Of a stretch of DNA of 64,000 nucleotides, positions 12,929 to 25,773 are shown in pieces (the stretch's first letter is position 1; each line of letters starts with the position of its first letter). Under the pieces are notes generated by a model. The model did no database searches and was not told where the DNA came from. It saw only the letters and a list, made by a program, of their open reading frames with translations. The stretch lies in contig JAQFVV010000006.1 of NCBI GenBank assembly GCA_028023455.1, positions 558,001-622,000 of the forward strand, read 5' to 3'. Both the position numbers and the translations under genes were made by a program. The stretch is from Epiperipatus broadwayi. Taxonomy: Eukaryota; Animalia; Onychophora.

Positions 12929-13234
12929 GACTAACCCGACGTACACGATGGCCGCTAGAGGCGCTGTTTCTGTGTTAGCACACAGAACATACAGGTAGGG
13001 GCCTCGAAAGCAGAAATGTTTCTTCCAGCCGCTAGGTGGCGCTGTTCACCATGCATACGCATAGGGACCTTCCACAAGCTAGCTGGAAGCGAGGTTCCTG
13101 TGCGTACGCATGGTGAACAGCGCCACCTAGCGGTTGGAAGGAACATTTCTGCTTTCAAGGCCCCTACCCTGTATGTTCTGTGTGCTAACACAGAAACAGT
13201 GCCTCTAGCAGCCATCATGTACGTCAGGTTAGAC
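12929..13234. mobile_element. 306-bp GC-rich foldback MITE with TA on both sides
   Basis: The whole element is an imperfect palindrome (GACTAACC...GGTTAGAC). TA lies at 12927-28 and 13235-36, consistent with a Tc1/mariner-type TSD. Confidence 0.8.
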
Positions 13235-13893
13235 TACTCTTTATTTAATAAGCAATAATGAAATGGTCTCTCAGACTCAGGGGCCCATATATATTGCTTT
13301 GATGTGCTTTACAATGTGTACCTGCGATTGAGCTTTTTTGGTGCTCATGTCTTCCTCAGTCACTAGACATTTGCTGATTGGCATCGAAACACACTGAATG
13401 GCTGAATTTTGTTTATTTACTGATAAAATAAATCTTGTATCGATGTAATATTGCAATATTGTACCCTCACCCCACCAAATCAACTGGCATTCTAGACCCT
13501 TTGCTTGCTTGCCTGCTTTATTGGTATGGCTCGATAATAAATTTACAAAACAAAACAAAATCATTATAGAATTATTCTGAGAAAGTATGTATTATTTGAA
13601 TGTTTTTTATAAGGTTTGCAGTAATTAGACTACTATAATCTTTGAGATAAGTTGCATTTACATTTATATCAACTGGTTATTTATTTATTTGATTAATATA
13701 CATGAGTACTGTCTTTGTTAATATCATATTAAGGTGATGTACATAATTACTGATATTTCCTTCCACTTCTATTAAAAGAACCTGTTAACATAGAAACATT
13801 TTTTTTAAAAATGTAAGTTTTTAAATCATTACAAACTTACATTTTTAATGATTTAACAGAATTATATTTAATAATTGTTTTGCAATTTCTTAG

Positions 13894-13994
13894 GTGGTTT
13901 TTGATGATGATTCTGTCGCTAATAATTCATTGACTACAAAGGAAATCAAAGAATGCTGCAAAGATATTAAAGTTTTAGGTCGTAGAGAATTAAG
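13894..13994 (+). CDS. FTSJ3: FTSJ3 exon 3 in window
   Basis: ttcttag/gtaaat, phase 0-2. VVFDDDSVANNSLTTKEIKECCKDIKVLGRRELR matches the conserved CCxDIxVLGRxEL motif. Confidence 0.95.
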
Positions 13995-14082
13995 GTAAAT
14001 TTTATTAATCTTATCAAAGAATGCTGCAAAGATATTAAAGTTTTAGGTCGTAGAGAATTAAGGTAAATTTTATTAATCTTAT
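13945..14082. repeat. Perfect 68-bp tandem duplication of the exon 3 end plus its splice donor
   Basis: 13945-14012 equals 14013-14080, giving donors GTAAAT at 13995 and 14063. Confidence 0.92.
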
Positions 14083-14397
14083 ATATATAGCAAAAGTGGT
14101 TGCAGTATATATCACAAAGTTATTAAATATTTATGTTGGTCATTTGACTATACTTAATCAAAAATTGAATTTTAATATTAGCAGGCAACAAAATATTGTA
14201 GACTAGGAAGATTTTACAATACACAAAATTTTTAGATAAAATATTTTTATGCACTTATATAAAAAAAATAGAAATAAATTTATAGAGAATACATTGTAGA
14301 AATATAATTATGAGAAATGGAAAAAAAGGATAAATAAGTTGGTAGAAGAAAAAAAAGTAGTATTTGAAAAACTGATATGAGTATTTAAAAAACCATT

Positions 14398-14660
14398 TAT
14401 TAAGGCTATAACCTTAAGATTATGTGCCTAAAATACGATAGTAGGGACCTCTACATATCTAAAACACAAGATTAATGACTTTAGGTTCACCTATATATTT
14501 AGAAATTGGGTTGAAGATAAGAGTAGCCACTCTTGTCTTTTAATGTCATTAATCTTGTGTTTTAGATTTTTAGAGGTCGCCACTGTCGCATTTTTAGGCA
14601 CATAGTCTTAACGTTATAGTCTTAATATATATTACTTACATAATGAGTATGTGCTTTACA
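14398..14660. mobile_element. Family B palindromic MITE-like element, second copy
   Basis: Inverted arms at about 14398-14478 and 14544-14628, homologous to 10592-10775. Confidence 0.65.
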
Positions 14661-15859
14661 AATTATTAAAAAACCATTTATGTAAGAATAAAATAATAAA
14701 TTGTGAAATGGATGTATGATAACACTAGAGAGTGTTTACTGTTATTGAGTACAAGAGCAGGAGCTCAAGAAAAGAAAGGGTAAAAATGTCTTAATGATTT
14801 CAAACTGTAGATGTGGTTTATGGAGATAGTACGACAAGTATTGAAAATTTACATTTGGAGCATAGGGGTTGAAAAAGGACATGATAACTTGCATGGAGAG
14901 TGCGAGTACTATAAAAATGAGCGAAAGAACTTTTGTTTGAAATTTTAATGATAAGAACGGGTAATATATTGATTGGGTATTGGCACTAATGAAATAGTAC
15001 TTATTAAAATGGGATAGGAGAAGAAAAAAATGTGTTCTCAATATTGTATATTATAACAGAGGTAATAAAAGTGAAAAGTAGATGGATTTATCATAGTTTA
15101 AAACCCATTTTGGAGGAAGGAAATGGCTAACAAAGTCTACAGTCATATGATTTCTAGTCTCATTGAAGTAGAAGACATTTTATATTACATTACATGGATC
15201 GTGAGAAATTTCATTGTGTTATTGATATGATTTATATAATCACTGAAGAAAGTATTTTTAGTAAGATTGGACATCTTATGAACCTGGCATGATTAATGCA
15301 TCAAATAAAATAGAATTTGTGTGTGATTTATCTTTCCTATTGGAATTTAATTTTCTGAAGTATAAGTAAGATGGTTGCTAAAATTTTTGCCAAATAAGTA
15401 CTAGTAGCAAGTTTAGTCTTACAGTCGTTCCTCACTATTCATGTAACTATGATTCTAGAAAAGCAGTGAATATAATAATTACTGATCTTATGAGAAATGG
15501 TATTAAATGTTAATGGAGCATTGATTCATATATGCTTTTGTTAGTTACCACCATAAACTCATTGTTTCATATACCTTCGGTGAAGAACTCTGTCTTTAAT
15601 ATTGTTCTATATGGGATTTCGCTATTATTGGTAGGAAGATAAAAGTCCCAAATGAAACTAGTTTAGATTAGTGACATTTTCATAATTGTAAAAAAAAATT
15701 ATTTTCGTAATGTGATGTAGATTTACTTATGGAAGAAATATCATACCCCTGTGGATATTGTGCCCATGATTTCTCTCTATTTTATAGATGTACTTTATAT
15801 GCTAAAATGAGCATATCAGCTCCATTCTAGCACTATTTACTTTAAGTTTGAATAATTGA

Positions 15860-16591
15860 CTATTCAAGCTTACAATAGATAATAAAAGAATAGCCAAAAT
15901 AGTATTTAATTTAGTTACAAGTAAAGGGCAGGCAACAAGATGGCTGAGAAAGGTAATGCAGTATGCAGAATATTTGGATAAAGAATTTATGTCAGTATAC
16001 TTGTACAAAAGGTGGGATGATTGTGTTAGGGGAATTGTTGAGTGTTATAGTGGTAAGGAGTGAGATAGAAGAATAGATGCATTAATAGAGTAAAATGAGT
16101 TTAAATAAATATAGAAGTAAACGGAACATTGGGTGTGAGTTAATTTGTGATAATAGTAAGGAAAGTAGTTTATTGTTTAAGGCTCGAACGGGATCTTTAG
16201 CAACAAGGGAATATACACGTAAATGGAAAAATATGGGTGATTTAGTCTGCAAGTTGTGTAAGGAAGGCATCTGTTACTTCAATGTAAATGCTTGGAAAAA
16301 GAAAGGATACAAAATAATGAAGTTATGGAAGATTAAATATGAACAAAGTGATTATACAGAAAATGAGTTATTGGTTTTTTATGCTAGGCTTGGGAGAAGA
16401 TAAGGGGGATTTAGATATGAAGGTCATGGAGTTGACAAAGATTATGTTGTGAAAATGGGATGGAGCAGATTATTGGGGAAACTTAGGGTGGAGAATGGAA
16501 AGGAAGGTAAAGTGGCTAACATGTGTCTCTCGGCATAGCTGCTGAGAAATTCCTGACTCCGTTTAAGGAGAAGCCACAGTGCATCACATCA
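15860..16591 (+). mobile_element. 5'-truncated copy of the (CATCA)n-tailed LINE
   Basis: Colinear with 40990-41713 (YRSKRNIGCELI.DNSKESSLLFKARTGSLA..CKLCKEG); ends in gcatcacatca. Confidence 0.88.
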
Positions 16592-17642
16592 TATGATGTA
16601 TATTAGTAAAAACAAGTGATTAGCTAATTATTTTATCTACCGTTTGCTTTTAAAAGAAACAGTTTGCGATTTCTTTTTTTTTAACCACTTTCGTCAATAT
16701 TTCTTATTGTTTCTAGTAGCCAATTTTGACTTCCTATTACTGTAAATAACTTTTTTTATTCTTCATTAACAACTGTCACTTATTCGTATCTCACCCTCAC
16801 ACATGATGCTATTCAGTCCTCTTACTGAATGCAAACCAGAATCTTTTGCACGTAAATCAGGTATGCACATTAAGGATATTTTTTTTGTGTGTCAAGGTAC
16901 AGTGATTATAATCTTTTGATGTTTTACAAGTTAAGACATTACATGTAAAGGACTTTATAGAAAATACCAGAAATCAATATTGAAAGGATTTACAGAAGAT
17001 ATTTAAAACTGTGAACAAAAGAAAATCACTCTTTTATTGACATTGTTAAATAATATTATTCTATGTAAAGAAAATTTCAAGAAACTGAATCTTATCTTTC
17101 ATGATAATTAAGAAATGTCAACTGCAAACAGCCACAAGATATCTATGATTGTCATAAAACAAGTTATATTCTATTTTGGGTACATATGGAAGCCCATGAG
17201 CATGGGTCACATGATTACTGACAATTGCTTAGGTCTTATTATTCTTTTAGGATTCAGATAAAATTACAAGCATTGCCTTGGCAGATAAATCTATCATTCG
17301 TTAACTCTAAATCATTGTGCTAACACTGTTAATGTAATTGTTTATTGTGTAAATTTTATAGCGATGGTAAATGGCCATTGTGTTAAGAATTTAATCCTTA
17401 TGCTTATTTTTATAATTAACCGTGAAACTAAGAATTTTTTAAAATTTACTTTTATACTTACTCATGTGAATATTTGTCACAATAAAAATTTTATTAAATA
17501 AAATAGATAGAAATTTATATATAATTAGTAGATGTTAATAAGTACATACATATTTTCTTGTAAGTTTCTGTGCATTTATTGAATTATTTACATGCATATC
17601 AAATATTTCTTTAATTTTTTCCTTTTTTTATATTTTTTGTAG

Positions 17643-17708
17643 GCTGTTACTCACATGGCGAAAAAATATTATCAAATTTATTGAAGATCAGAAACCTAAA
17701 AGTGAAAA
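17643..17708 (+). CDS. FTSJ3: FTSJ3 exon 4 in window
   Basis: ttgtag/gtaaga, phase 2-2. LLLTWRKNIIKFIEDQKPKSE contains the LLxWR motif. Confidence 0.9.
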
Positions 17709-17805
17709 GTAAGATTAATTTCCCGACTGTCTTTGCATGAGTAACGATGTTACTAGTTTCTATTGCAAATATTTAGTTCAACGTTTAATGATTTGTTTTT
17801 ATTAG

Positions 17806-17916
17806 AACTGAACCGGAAGTCAAAATCACCAGTGAAGATGAAGAAGAAGCAGAATTACAGGAAGTCCAAAATCAAATAAAAGAATTGAAAGAATCAAAAG
17901 TGAAAGATTTGAAAAG
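17806..17916 (+). CDS. FTSJ3: FTSJ3 exon 5 in window
   Basis: attag/gtaagg, phase 2-2, after a 97-nt intron. TEPEVKITSEDEEEAELQEVQNQIKELKESKVKDLKR is an acidic, coiled-coil-like segment. Confidence 0.9.
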
Positions 17917-19059
17917 GTAAGGAATATTATACCTCTGTAAAACAACATTAGCCTATTACAATAACTACCTGGGATTTGAATTCAGGCTGAATGAAATTTA
18001 AAAATTTTATCAACTTCAAGCTAGTTGATAATTTTTTTTTCAAGCTATTTGCCTGTAGTTAATCATCCAAATTTTTAGTCAGTAAATGGTTATTTAACTC
18101 TATTAATTTTCTATTCAATGAATAAATGGACAAGCCTTGAACGTCATTACTTAGCAGTTGATAAACCTGGTGAGTAATTACTTTTTTTTTTTGGAAGGTT
18201 GTTGGAGAGGCCATTTGTACTGCCCAGGGCTTTTTTAAAGGCTATTTTATCTTTTACTATTTTTTAATAAATTAAAAATAATACTGATAGCATATATTTT
18301 ACAAAAATATTGAAAATATTAGTTTTTGCCCATTGGTTATATTAACTTGTTTGATTCCCAGCACCATATTAAATCTTTAAAAAAAAAGTTGATCCAGACA
18401 TAATTTATACAATATCTTCAATTTGAGTATATTAAATATAAAATGATATATATTGTTAGGAAAAGTAAATATCGTGGAATGTAGTAAAGCTGAAAAAAAT
18501 AGTCATTACCTTAAAAAAAAAAAGATTTTTAATGTTTAAAAATGTTTATTTTTTGCATAGGTTCACAAATTATAAATTTCGAGGGTTAAATTTTAAAATC
18601 ACATCATTGTAAACATATTAATTACATTCCTCTTGAAATTCTTTAAAAAATGATATATAACGTGACTTAGCTAAGATAATTCTTTACTCTAAAATGTTGC
18701 TCTTTAGCCATCTGGGCGCATTTCAGTTTTACCAGTAATTTCATCAGTCTTCAACGTTTGCAGATGACTGCTGAAAATATGTTTCTTCGTGGTAAATAAT
18801 ATTAATAATTAACAATTTTAGTGCAGTATAAAATATTATTGAGAATAGTCACAATACTAATACTCCTTATTATCTGTCTCACTTTTTATTTTCCTTTGTG
18901 GAAATGCCTACAACTTACGAAGTAGATGGCTTTATTTTAGGAAAATTAGAATCAATTGTTATAATGAATATGATTAGAAGTATAATTTATAAAAGAATAT
19001 AATATTTATACAAATAAACAAAAAATAACTGTAGCTTACAAAAAATGAAATATAATTGG

Positions 19060-19360
19060 TTATAAGCCAATAAACATCACATGATCACCATTTTTTCTGC
19101 TTGTTTATAACTTATTAAAACAGGCAAAACTCACTATACGTATTGTCACTCACTGCAACTAGAGTAATCAATGGATGCCAGAAAGCTTGTGCATAAAATC
19201 CCCATCTAGTGCCTACTCATCCAATATCTCTAAACTAGTTCCTGGCTTGTGGCCTTCGTCAGTGACGATTTTATGCACAAGCCTTCTGGCATCCATTGAT
19301 TACTCTAGCTTGCAATGAGTGGCAATACGTATAGTGAGTTTTGCCTGTTGTAATTGGTTA
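19060..19360. repeat. Family A inverted pair; the minus arm carries an HHR with GAAA mutated to GGAA
   Basis: aagccaataaacatcacatgatcaccatt terminus; the reverse complement reads CTGACGA-A-GGC cacaa GCC-A-GGAAC-TA-GTT. Confidence 0.8.
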
Positions 19361-20439
19361 TGTATAGATGATAGTGATATAAGGTATAGGTACATACAAA
19401 ACAGACAAATATTAGATACTGCTTCCAGCATCAATTACGACAATGAAATAAATTTGATTTTTCTTTATAATCGTTATTTGCAAAAAAAAAAAATGTTTAT
19501 ATAAACGAGTAGAAGATTAATGTTTTCTATCTGCTTTTAGCACCCTTTCGGAGGGGTGTAATCATAAACATATGACCAAAGATGTGTGAAGAAGGTATAT
19601 GTGTGAGAGTGGAGTAATCAAAATTACGCTACAGAAATATTCATTAAGTATAATCTCTAATCTAATGAATGATTAATAAAAATTATTAATATACTTTCAT
19701 TAAGTAGAAGCTTGCGTATGAGTGTAGCCATTCCAGTTGAAAAAGTAAAAGATAAACAGACAAAATAATAATACACCAGAGATTAATTTTCTGACGGTTA
19801 TACAAACCAATCTATAAACCACAAATACATTTGCATATAGAACACGATTACCTATCATTCCATTTATTTGCCATTTTACATTGTTATCTTTTAGCTTCTC
19901 ATTTTTTTTTCTGAAATACTTCAAGTCTATATCTAATTGTAGTTCTTCAATGGATTCTCTACTTCGCCATATCTTGCCTATGAAAACAGCAACCATGCAC
20001 TACTTTAGATTATCTACAAGATAGACTTTGTAATGAAAACCAATTCTGTCCCTCCCACAAAACCTTGTTCAATTCTTCCTAAAATAATCTTCTAGGGAGT
20101 ATTTTTGCTTATGTGTGTGTTAATTGATATAGAGAATAGTAAAATTTAGAAACAAGTTTGCGTGTTGCTAGAAGTATAAGATTATGTTTGTGATTAGAGA
20201 GGCAATTCTTGGCCCAATGATGAAAAAAAAATGGATTTATTTTGTCTTTACGAAAATTTAAAATCTACACTTTAAAGGAAAAACAAAATATAATTTTTAA
20301 TCTATTAAAATATGATTAATTGTCCTTCATGCATTTATTGGAGAATAATGCTAGCAAAACATGCTTTTCAAAATAAAAAAAAACTTCACTACTAAATAAA
20401 AATATTGATACAGAAAATAAAATGAAATTTATTAAAATC

Positions 20440-20840
20440 TTCATTTGCAGCATATTGATATATGGTTGTGACATATAGTCCTTGGGAAAACAAGAAAAAG
20501 ATTAGACAGAGTGCAGAATATTAGCTAGAATAAATTGAATGTAAAGGAAGAGGAATGATCAAGTATTAAGAGAACTTGGCATTTAAAGTGAACCACTGAA
20601 TCAATAAAAACTAGACAGATTAAGTGTTTGAGCCATATTTAAGGCACGATAGGTTTTTACAAAATATTTTAGAAGGCAAAATTTTAGGAAGAAAATTGAG
20701 AGACAGAGCAAGAATATCTTTTAAGATGTGATCAGTGAAATTGGATGCTTGTTCTATGCAGATGTGAAACGAATTGCAGAAGATAGAACATTGTGGCAGC
20801 AATGACAAAACTTGCCTTTAGAAGCTGATAATAATCATAT
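20440..20840 (+). mobile_element. Decayed RTE-like LINE 3' fragment
   Basis: YGCD..SLGKQEK-like post-RT region followed by a decayed 3' end with a gat/aat microsatellite-like tail. Confidence 0.55.
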
Positions 20841-20959
20841 GTTTATTGTATGGATGCTGTGAATAAGTGCTGGTTCAAATATAGCATTTGTCAAATAAGC
20901 TTTTACAATTTAAATAATACTAACAACACAATATAAATTTAAATTGAAATCATCACCTA

Positions 20960-21570
20960 TGTTATTTTCAAATTAAAACAGGCAAAACTCTCCATACGTA
21001 TTGCCACTCAGTGCAAGCCAGAGTAATCACTCTGAGTATTGCACTGAATGGCAATACATACGGAGAGTTTTACTTGTTTTAATATCAGTTATGAGCAAGC
21101 ATAAGAAATGGTGATCATGTGATGTTTATTGGCTTAAAACCAATCCTGCCTAATAGGATAGTGGTGGCTATGATTATTAAAGAACCAAAGACACCAAAAT
21201 GTATAGGTACTAAACTGAGTTCAGACCTGTATGACTATATAAGCTACTGAGCTTGGAGTGAAAATATTATGGTGTTTTCAATTTAAGACTCATAGTCTTG
21301 TAGTTAAGTAGAGATAAAAGGTGGCTGCTGGAGAATTAGATCTTAAGATCTAGGTGCAGTGCTCTCAGATCCAAGGCTTTACACTGATAAAAGCAACAAG
21401 CTAGAAACTAGTCTAGGGATATTGGATGAGTAGGCGCTAGATAGGGATTTTATGCACAAGCCTTTTGGCTTTCATTGATTACGCTGGCTTGCACTGAGTG
21501 GCAATGCATATAGAAAGTTTTGCCTCTTTTAATAACAGACATGAGCAAGCATGATGTTTATTGGCTTATT
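20960..21570. repeat. Family A short inverted pair plus a near full-length plus-strand unit (HHR core with uncompensated G8A at 21384)
   Basis: CTGATAA-A-AGC aacaa GCT-A-GAAAC-TA-GTC at 21384-21413; the unit ends gatgtttattggctt. Confidence 0.8.
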
Positions 21571-23399
21571 TAAATTTAACTGACTTCTCCACAAACAAAT
21601 GTAGCAATTTTTTAACATACAATCCGAAATAACCGCTCTATTTTAAAAGCATAAATCTGCATAGATAATATAAACACAAAACACTTTTATATTAATTAAT
21701 TGTAAATATTAAGCAGCAAATCTTTCTCCTAATCCAGTTCTGACTTTTTGTATAAGTCTGAGTAATCAATTGATGTGAGATGATAGTACTTAATTAAATC
21801 CACATCCAGTGCTGTTCTATCCAAATCCCTAGACTAATTTCTCTCTTCCGGCTTTCAGCAATAAAGATTTTTGGCACTGAACCTCGTGTACCTTCATTTT
21901 TTGGATCCAACGCACATTTCCTCCAGCAATCACAATTTACTTTTTTATTCTTATAAATCAAGCTATCAGCTGAAAATTCAAAAACATCTTAAAGTTAATT
22001 GAAATCTAAGTAAATATAGATCTAACACCAATTAACTATCCTTACACTTTGCTATACTCAATTGTTTATTAACTATAGGTACTTAAATTTCTTGTCCAGA
22101 ATTGGAATAGAAGAAATAGATTTTTCTACTTAAATATAGTGCATGAGCAAGGATCCCATGATGGTTTGTTGATATTATAACCATCCTGACTAAGAAATAT
22201 GGATATCTATAATTGTTAAAATTGAAGACAACAAAATATATAGATACTGAACTAAATCAGATCCTTACAACTATGCAAACATGTTGGCTTAAATTCAAAA
22301 TATTAAGATGATTTTTATTTTCATACTAATAATTTGAAAATAAAATAATATATATATATATGTATAAAATATTTTATAATAAACACTTACTTAATGTGGA
22401 CTAAAAAGCACAAAAATGGTTATTTTTTTCAACGGTGGTTGAGAATTTTATATTTTTCTTGAAATAAAAGCATGGAGTGTCCAAATATTAATTAATTCGC
22501 TCATTACTTTTACATCAAGGGATTGAATTAATTAATTTCTGGTCATTCGTTCTTTTATTTTCAGTTGAATATATAAAAAATCCCCTGCGGTTTAAGAAAA
22601 CTATTATTTTTGGGCTTTTTAGTGCACAGTATAAAAAGGCTTTTATTATATATTATTTTTAATGTTTTAGTATTAAAATTTTTTTGTAATTATTTTTATT
22701 TAAATAAAGATCAAAAACAGTGTTGGGCAATATGCGTAACATTGTAAAGGAAATTCTCAGTGCATTGAAAATTGATTCCGGTATTATTTTATTTATGAAA
22801 GAATCATTTAAAAAAAAAAATTTTACAGCCATGAGAAAATAAAATATCCATTTTAAAAGAAGCAACTTTTATAACCAATTGAATTGAAATAAGATTTGTT
22901 TTTAGTTTTATTTTATATATATTATTTTTTATAAATCTCCACATGTACTAATGCAAATTTTTTTTTATATAATTCCTTTAAAAGAAATTTTTGCATTAGA
23001 GTGTATATGTGGAGATTTATAAAAAGCAATATATATGAATATATGAAGGAATTGCAAAAAAGTAAAGGAGTTTTATTTTAATTGATCATTAATACTTTTT
23101 TGTGTAATCTTTTTTTAAATAAAAACATTTGAAAAAGTATGTGCCTCACTGAAAATTCACTAAATCAATATTAACACATTCGAAATTCGGTCTACCAATC
23201 CCTCTACAGTCAACAAACCAGGTGATCAACCTGAAATATTTCATTGCCATATTGCATTGCCATTGATTTCTAACATATGTACAAAGTTTAAAAGAAATCT
23301 GTTTGATAAAAGTGTTAAATCTCAATTACAAAATTTATTCTAAACAAACGGAGTTTCTAAGTTAAATAAAAGCATTTTAAAAGAAATGAATTATGGCTT

Positions 23400-23600
23400 T
23401 TGGTGAAAAGGTGGGCATTAGATAAAAAAATCCAGAGGTGCTAAATCCAGATCAAAAATTCCTCGCTGATGAAAGTCATAAGTTAGAAACTAGTCTGGAA
23501 ACATGGATAGGACTATACTGGATAGGAATTTAATGAATTGTACTATCAAATATTTATTGATTACTCGAGTTAAGGGGACGCAACTGGAGTAGAAAATTAC
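23400..23600 (+). repeat. Decayed family A copy with an intact HHR core but weak stems
   Basis: CTGATGA (23466-72)-A-AGT cataa GTT-A-GAAAC-TA-GTC (23493-95). Confidence 0.65.
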
Positions 23601-24717
23601 TGCTCAAAAGTAATGTGGAGGCAGAGGTCGTGATATTTTGTTAGTCTTAATTTTGAATTTACTTATAAATATTTCAGCGCACAATTTTTCAATGATGTTT
23701 AGACGACAAATTAATCTTGGTTACTAAATATTATGTAATAAACTCAACAGAGTAATTTTAAGCATTTTTAAATTGAAGTGAACATTTATGGCATAAAATA
23801 ATTGAACAGTTTATTGCTTAGGAATTCGAAAAAATTTCCAAGCACCAGAATTGATGGAATTAGTCTATGATTTATGGATCTTGATCTCCGGAATGCTACT
23901 CCACCAGTGTACGAAATCATGCAGGGCATGTTTGGCATTAAGTAGCTGTTTAATTCATAAAATTGCAACCAGTACTTCTGGTTAGATCTATTTCATTGTC
24001 AACTTGACTTTAGCTCATCCAAAACAGTTTGCATTTTATAAATATAATTGTGGTGGTTCTGAAAGTATAAAATGAGAAATGTGTGTTTACTAAGTGGAAA
24101 TATTGTAGTGATGTTGGATATCCAATGTACATTATATTAGCTATAATAGATCTATCGAAGAAGGAAGGTCAACGTACATACAGTCTCCCTATCCAAATTT
24201 GCTTCCAAGTCTGAGCATGAATACAGAAATTCTTTGATCCTAGCGAATCACATAATACTATAAGATTACTATTTCTTAACTAAAAGATGATCAAGGAAGG
24301 AAAGCTTAAAAATTTCTCACCATCTGGAAGGGAGCTAGTCCTGTAAATAGTATCTTTCTTTTTTTTTTGGAAAACTTTTGCCGTGCAATTGATTTTTTAC
24401 ATATATATGTATAAAGAATTTTTGCGGCTAACATAAGATTACTACTTGTTCCATTGTATAATAATACTTATGCTTATTTATTTAATAATGTTTAACTGCA
24501 TTATATCGATTTGCCAAGTTGAACTTTTGCTTAATTATTTTATTATATGCTTACTGTGTTTTTTTTTCCTTTTCCAGTATTTCCAGATAAGGTATTGATT
24601 TACACGCAGAATTTCTGAATAAAAGTATTTAAATAAATTTAATTTCCATTGTAGATTTCAATTCAATATATTTATAATTAGTAGCTGAAAACGTTTCTGA
24701 CATCGGTTAAGGAAATG

Positions 24718-24880
24718 GTTTATTCTGTCTTTTTGTTTATCAACAGTAACTGAGCACGCTTTCAGCTAGAAAAGCCAGACTCATCCCTCTCATAAGATAT
24801 TCCAACAATTTTATGAGCGCTATGAATCTGGCTTCTCTAGCCGAAAGCTACTGTTATTAAACAAAGAAACGGAATAAATC
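24718..24880. repeat. Inverted-repeat element with HHR-like arms
   Basis: Arms at about 24718-24795 and 24811-24880; the minus arm reads ATGAGTC-T-GGCT tttct AGCT-GAAAG cgtg CTC. Confidence 0.55.
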
Positions 24881-25637
24881 TTTTTCTTGACCAACTAATT
24901 ACAAGATATGAAAAATGGATAACAAATTCGAATATTAATATCTTTATGTAAGAGTGTGTACTTTAATCAAATAAAATAAATAAAAACTGATATGAAAAAC
25001 TTATAAAAAACATTTAAATGTAGTTTTAAATGAATTTAATTGTCATTGTATTTATTGTAAGAGCATTTGTCTTTACTGAACTCAAGAGCCATCTATTGCA
25101 AGCTTGAATAAACAGTGGTTACCAGTTATGCTATAAAATAAAATTTAAAACTGTACGCATATAATCACTTTTGGCTGCTTTATACTATTTTAATGCCAGG
25201 CTGACTTGCTTTTATAGTCATACAGATTTGCTATCGGATCAGTTTCTATATATTTTAGAGATTTCAGTTCTATAACAAGTTTTGATTCTTTGCTATAGAT
25301 GATTAATATCGACATCATATAATCGTGTGCTGTTGTAAAGGTTTAATCCACTCATATATTTAATTTTACGCTTCCACAATCAGTTATTTTCCCTTCACTT
25401 TGGAACTATCTGTAATGAGATGCATAAATGACCTTTCAAGTTTTGAATTGTAGTCTTCACTGGTGTAAACAAATCAGGATTTTATAGCATTATATCCATC
25501 CGGTATTTATTGGTTATGCAAGCTTACAGTAGATAGCTGTAGAATAGGGTGAAAATAACTGTTCTAGGAAGTATACAAGAAAAGCCTGAGATGTTGTGTT
25601 ATTATTGTATTCATATTTCTTAATGTGTACTTAATAG

Positions 25638-25773
25638 GAAAAAGAAGAAAGTGCTGAAAACTCGACAGAAACTTCAGACTAAATTAAATTTAAAAATGAT
25701 CGTGCCTAATGATCGCCTAGATGCCTACGAAGAAGATGCTATGTTTAAAATGTCATTAATAAAAAGTAAAAAG
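25638..25773 (+). CDS. FTSJ3: FTSJ3 exon 6 in window
   Basis: aatag/gtaact, phase 2-0. RKKKKVLKTRQKLQTKLNLKMIVPNDRLDAYEEDAMFKMSLIKSKK. Confidence 0.92.

Noticed and set aside
12955-13258. Two overlapping similar ORFs on opposite strands
   Set aside because: A direct consequence of the palindromic MITE, not a gene pair.
13335-13392. CTGAGGAAG on the minus strand next to CTGATTG...GAAAC on the plus strand
   Set aside because: Each lacks several invariant positions and a convincing stem II.
10592-14660. Family B palindromes as HHR carriers
   Set aside because: They contain an AGG-ctataa-CCT hairpin but no CUGANGA-type core or GAAA in register on either strand.
18707-18756. Minus-strand CTGATGA-AATT...AACT-GAAATGCGCC
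   Set aside because: HHR-like spacing, but stem I cannot pair and the triplet is GCC. Too decayed to call.
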